Assembly: GCF_030684315.1 (NCBI RefSeq)
Contig: NC_081384.1
Coordinates: 26,760,818-26,824,817, forward strand
Direction of reading: 5' to 3'
From: Stegostoma tigrinum
Lineage: Eukaryota
Length of the DNA: 64,000 bases
A program made the position numbers and the translations under genes. The notes beneath the pieces are model-generated. The model saw nothing but the letters and a program-made list of their open reading frames with translations, was not told where the DNA came from and ran no database searches. Shown here in pieces: positions 63,698 to 64,000 of the stretch. Every line of letters starts with the position of its first letter. Position 1 is the stretch's first letter.

Positions 63698-64000
63698 AAA
63701 TGGACTGCAGTGGTTTAAGTAGGCAACTCACCATATTTTCATCAGCAACTAAAGATAGGCAATAAATGCTGACCCAGCCATGTCCCATGTCCCAGCAATG
63801 AACTTAAATAAAAACCTTTACCTGATGTACAATTGTAGGGTGCAGTTGAGCCCCATCTTGTCATTGTCCACCTTGGCAGATGATTAAAATGAAGAAGCTT
63901 AGTAGAGGAGTAAATTGGGAAAACACGCTGCTTTACTAGAAGCAGATTATTTCCATTTGCAAGTTCAGGCTAGGGTTATAGCTACATTAATGTGATGGGG

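Overview
This is AT-rich, repeat-dense vertebrate non-coding DNA. The repeat content (HE1/V-SINE-like SINEs, Deu-domain SacSINE1-like SINEs, many CR1 LINEs, Penelope-like elements) points to a cartilaginous fish, probably a shark; that is an inference. I recognise no host protein-coding exon, so the window looks like a gene desert or large intron, and every recognisable ORF is transposon-derived. Main contents: (1) a near full-length decayed CR1 (19.0-23.4 kb, minus) and many CR1 fragments. (2) A very young 5'-truncated Penelope-like element (PLE) with a GIY-YIG ORF, ~400-bp inverted terminal repeats and a 14-bp TSD (25.1-26.8 kb). (3) At least three families of short fold-back PLE-like elements carrying hammerhead-ribozyme cores, several with 14-15-bp TSDs. 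(4) Relics of PIF/Harbinger Myb/SANT and transposase genes. (5) A tRNA-Pro pseudogene. (6) A ~1-kb inverted duplication with template-switch geometry (57.4-59.9 kb). (7) Several repeat-free islands that look like conserved enhancers. All alignments were made by eye, so the edges of old repeats are approximate.
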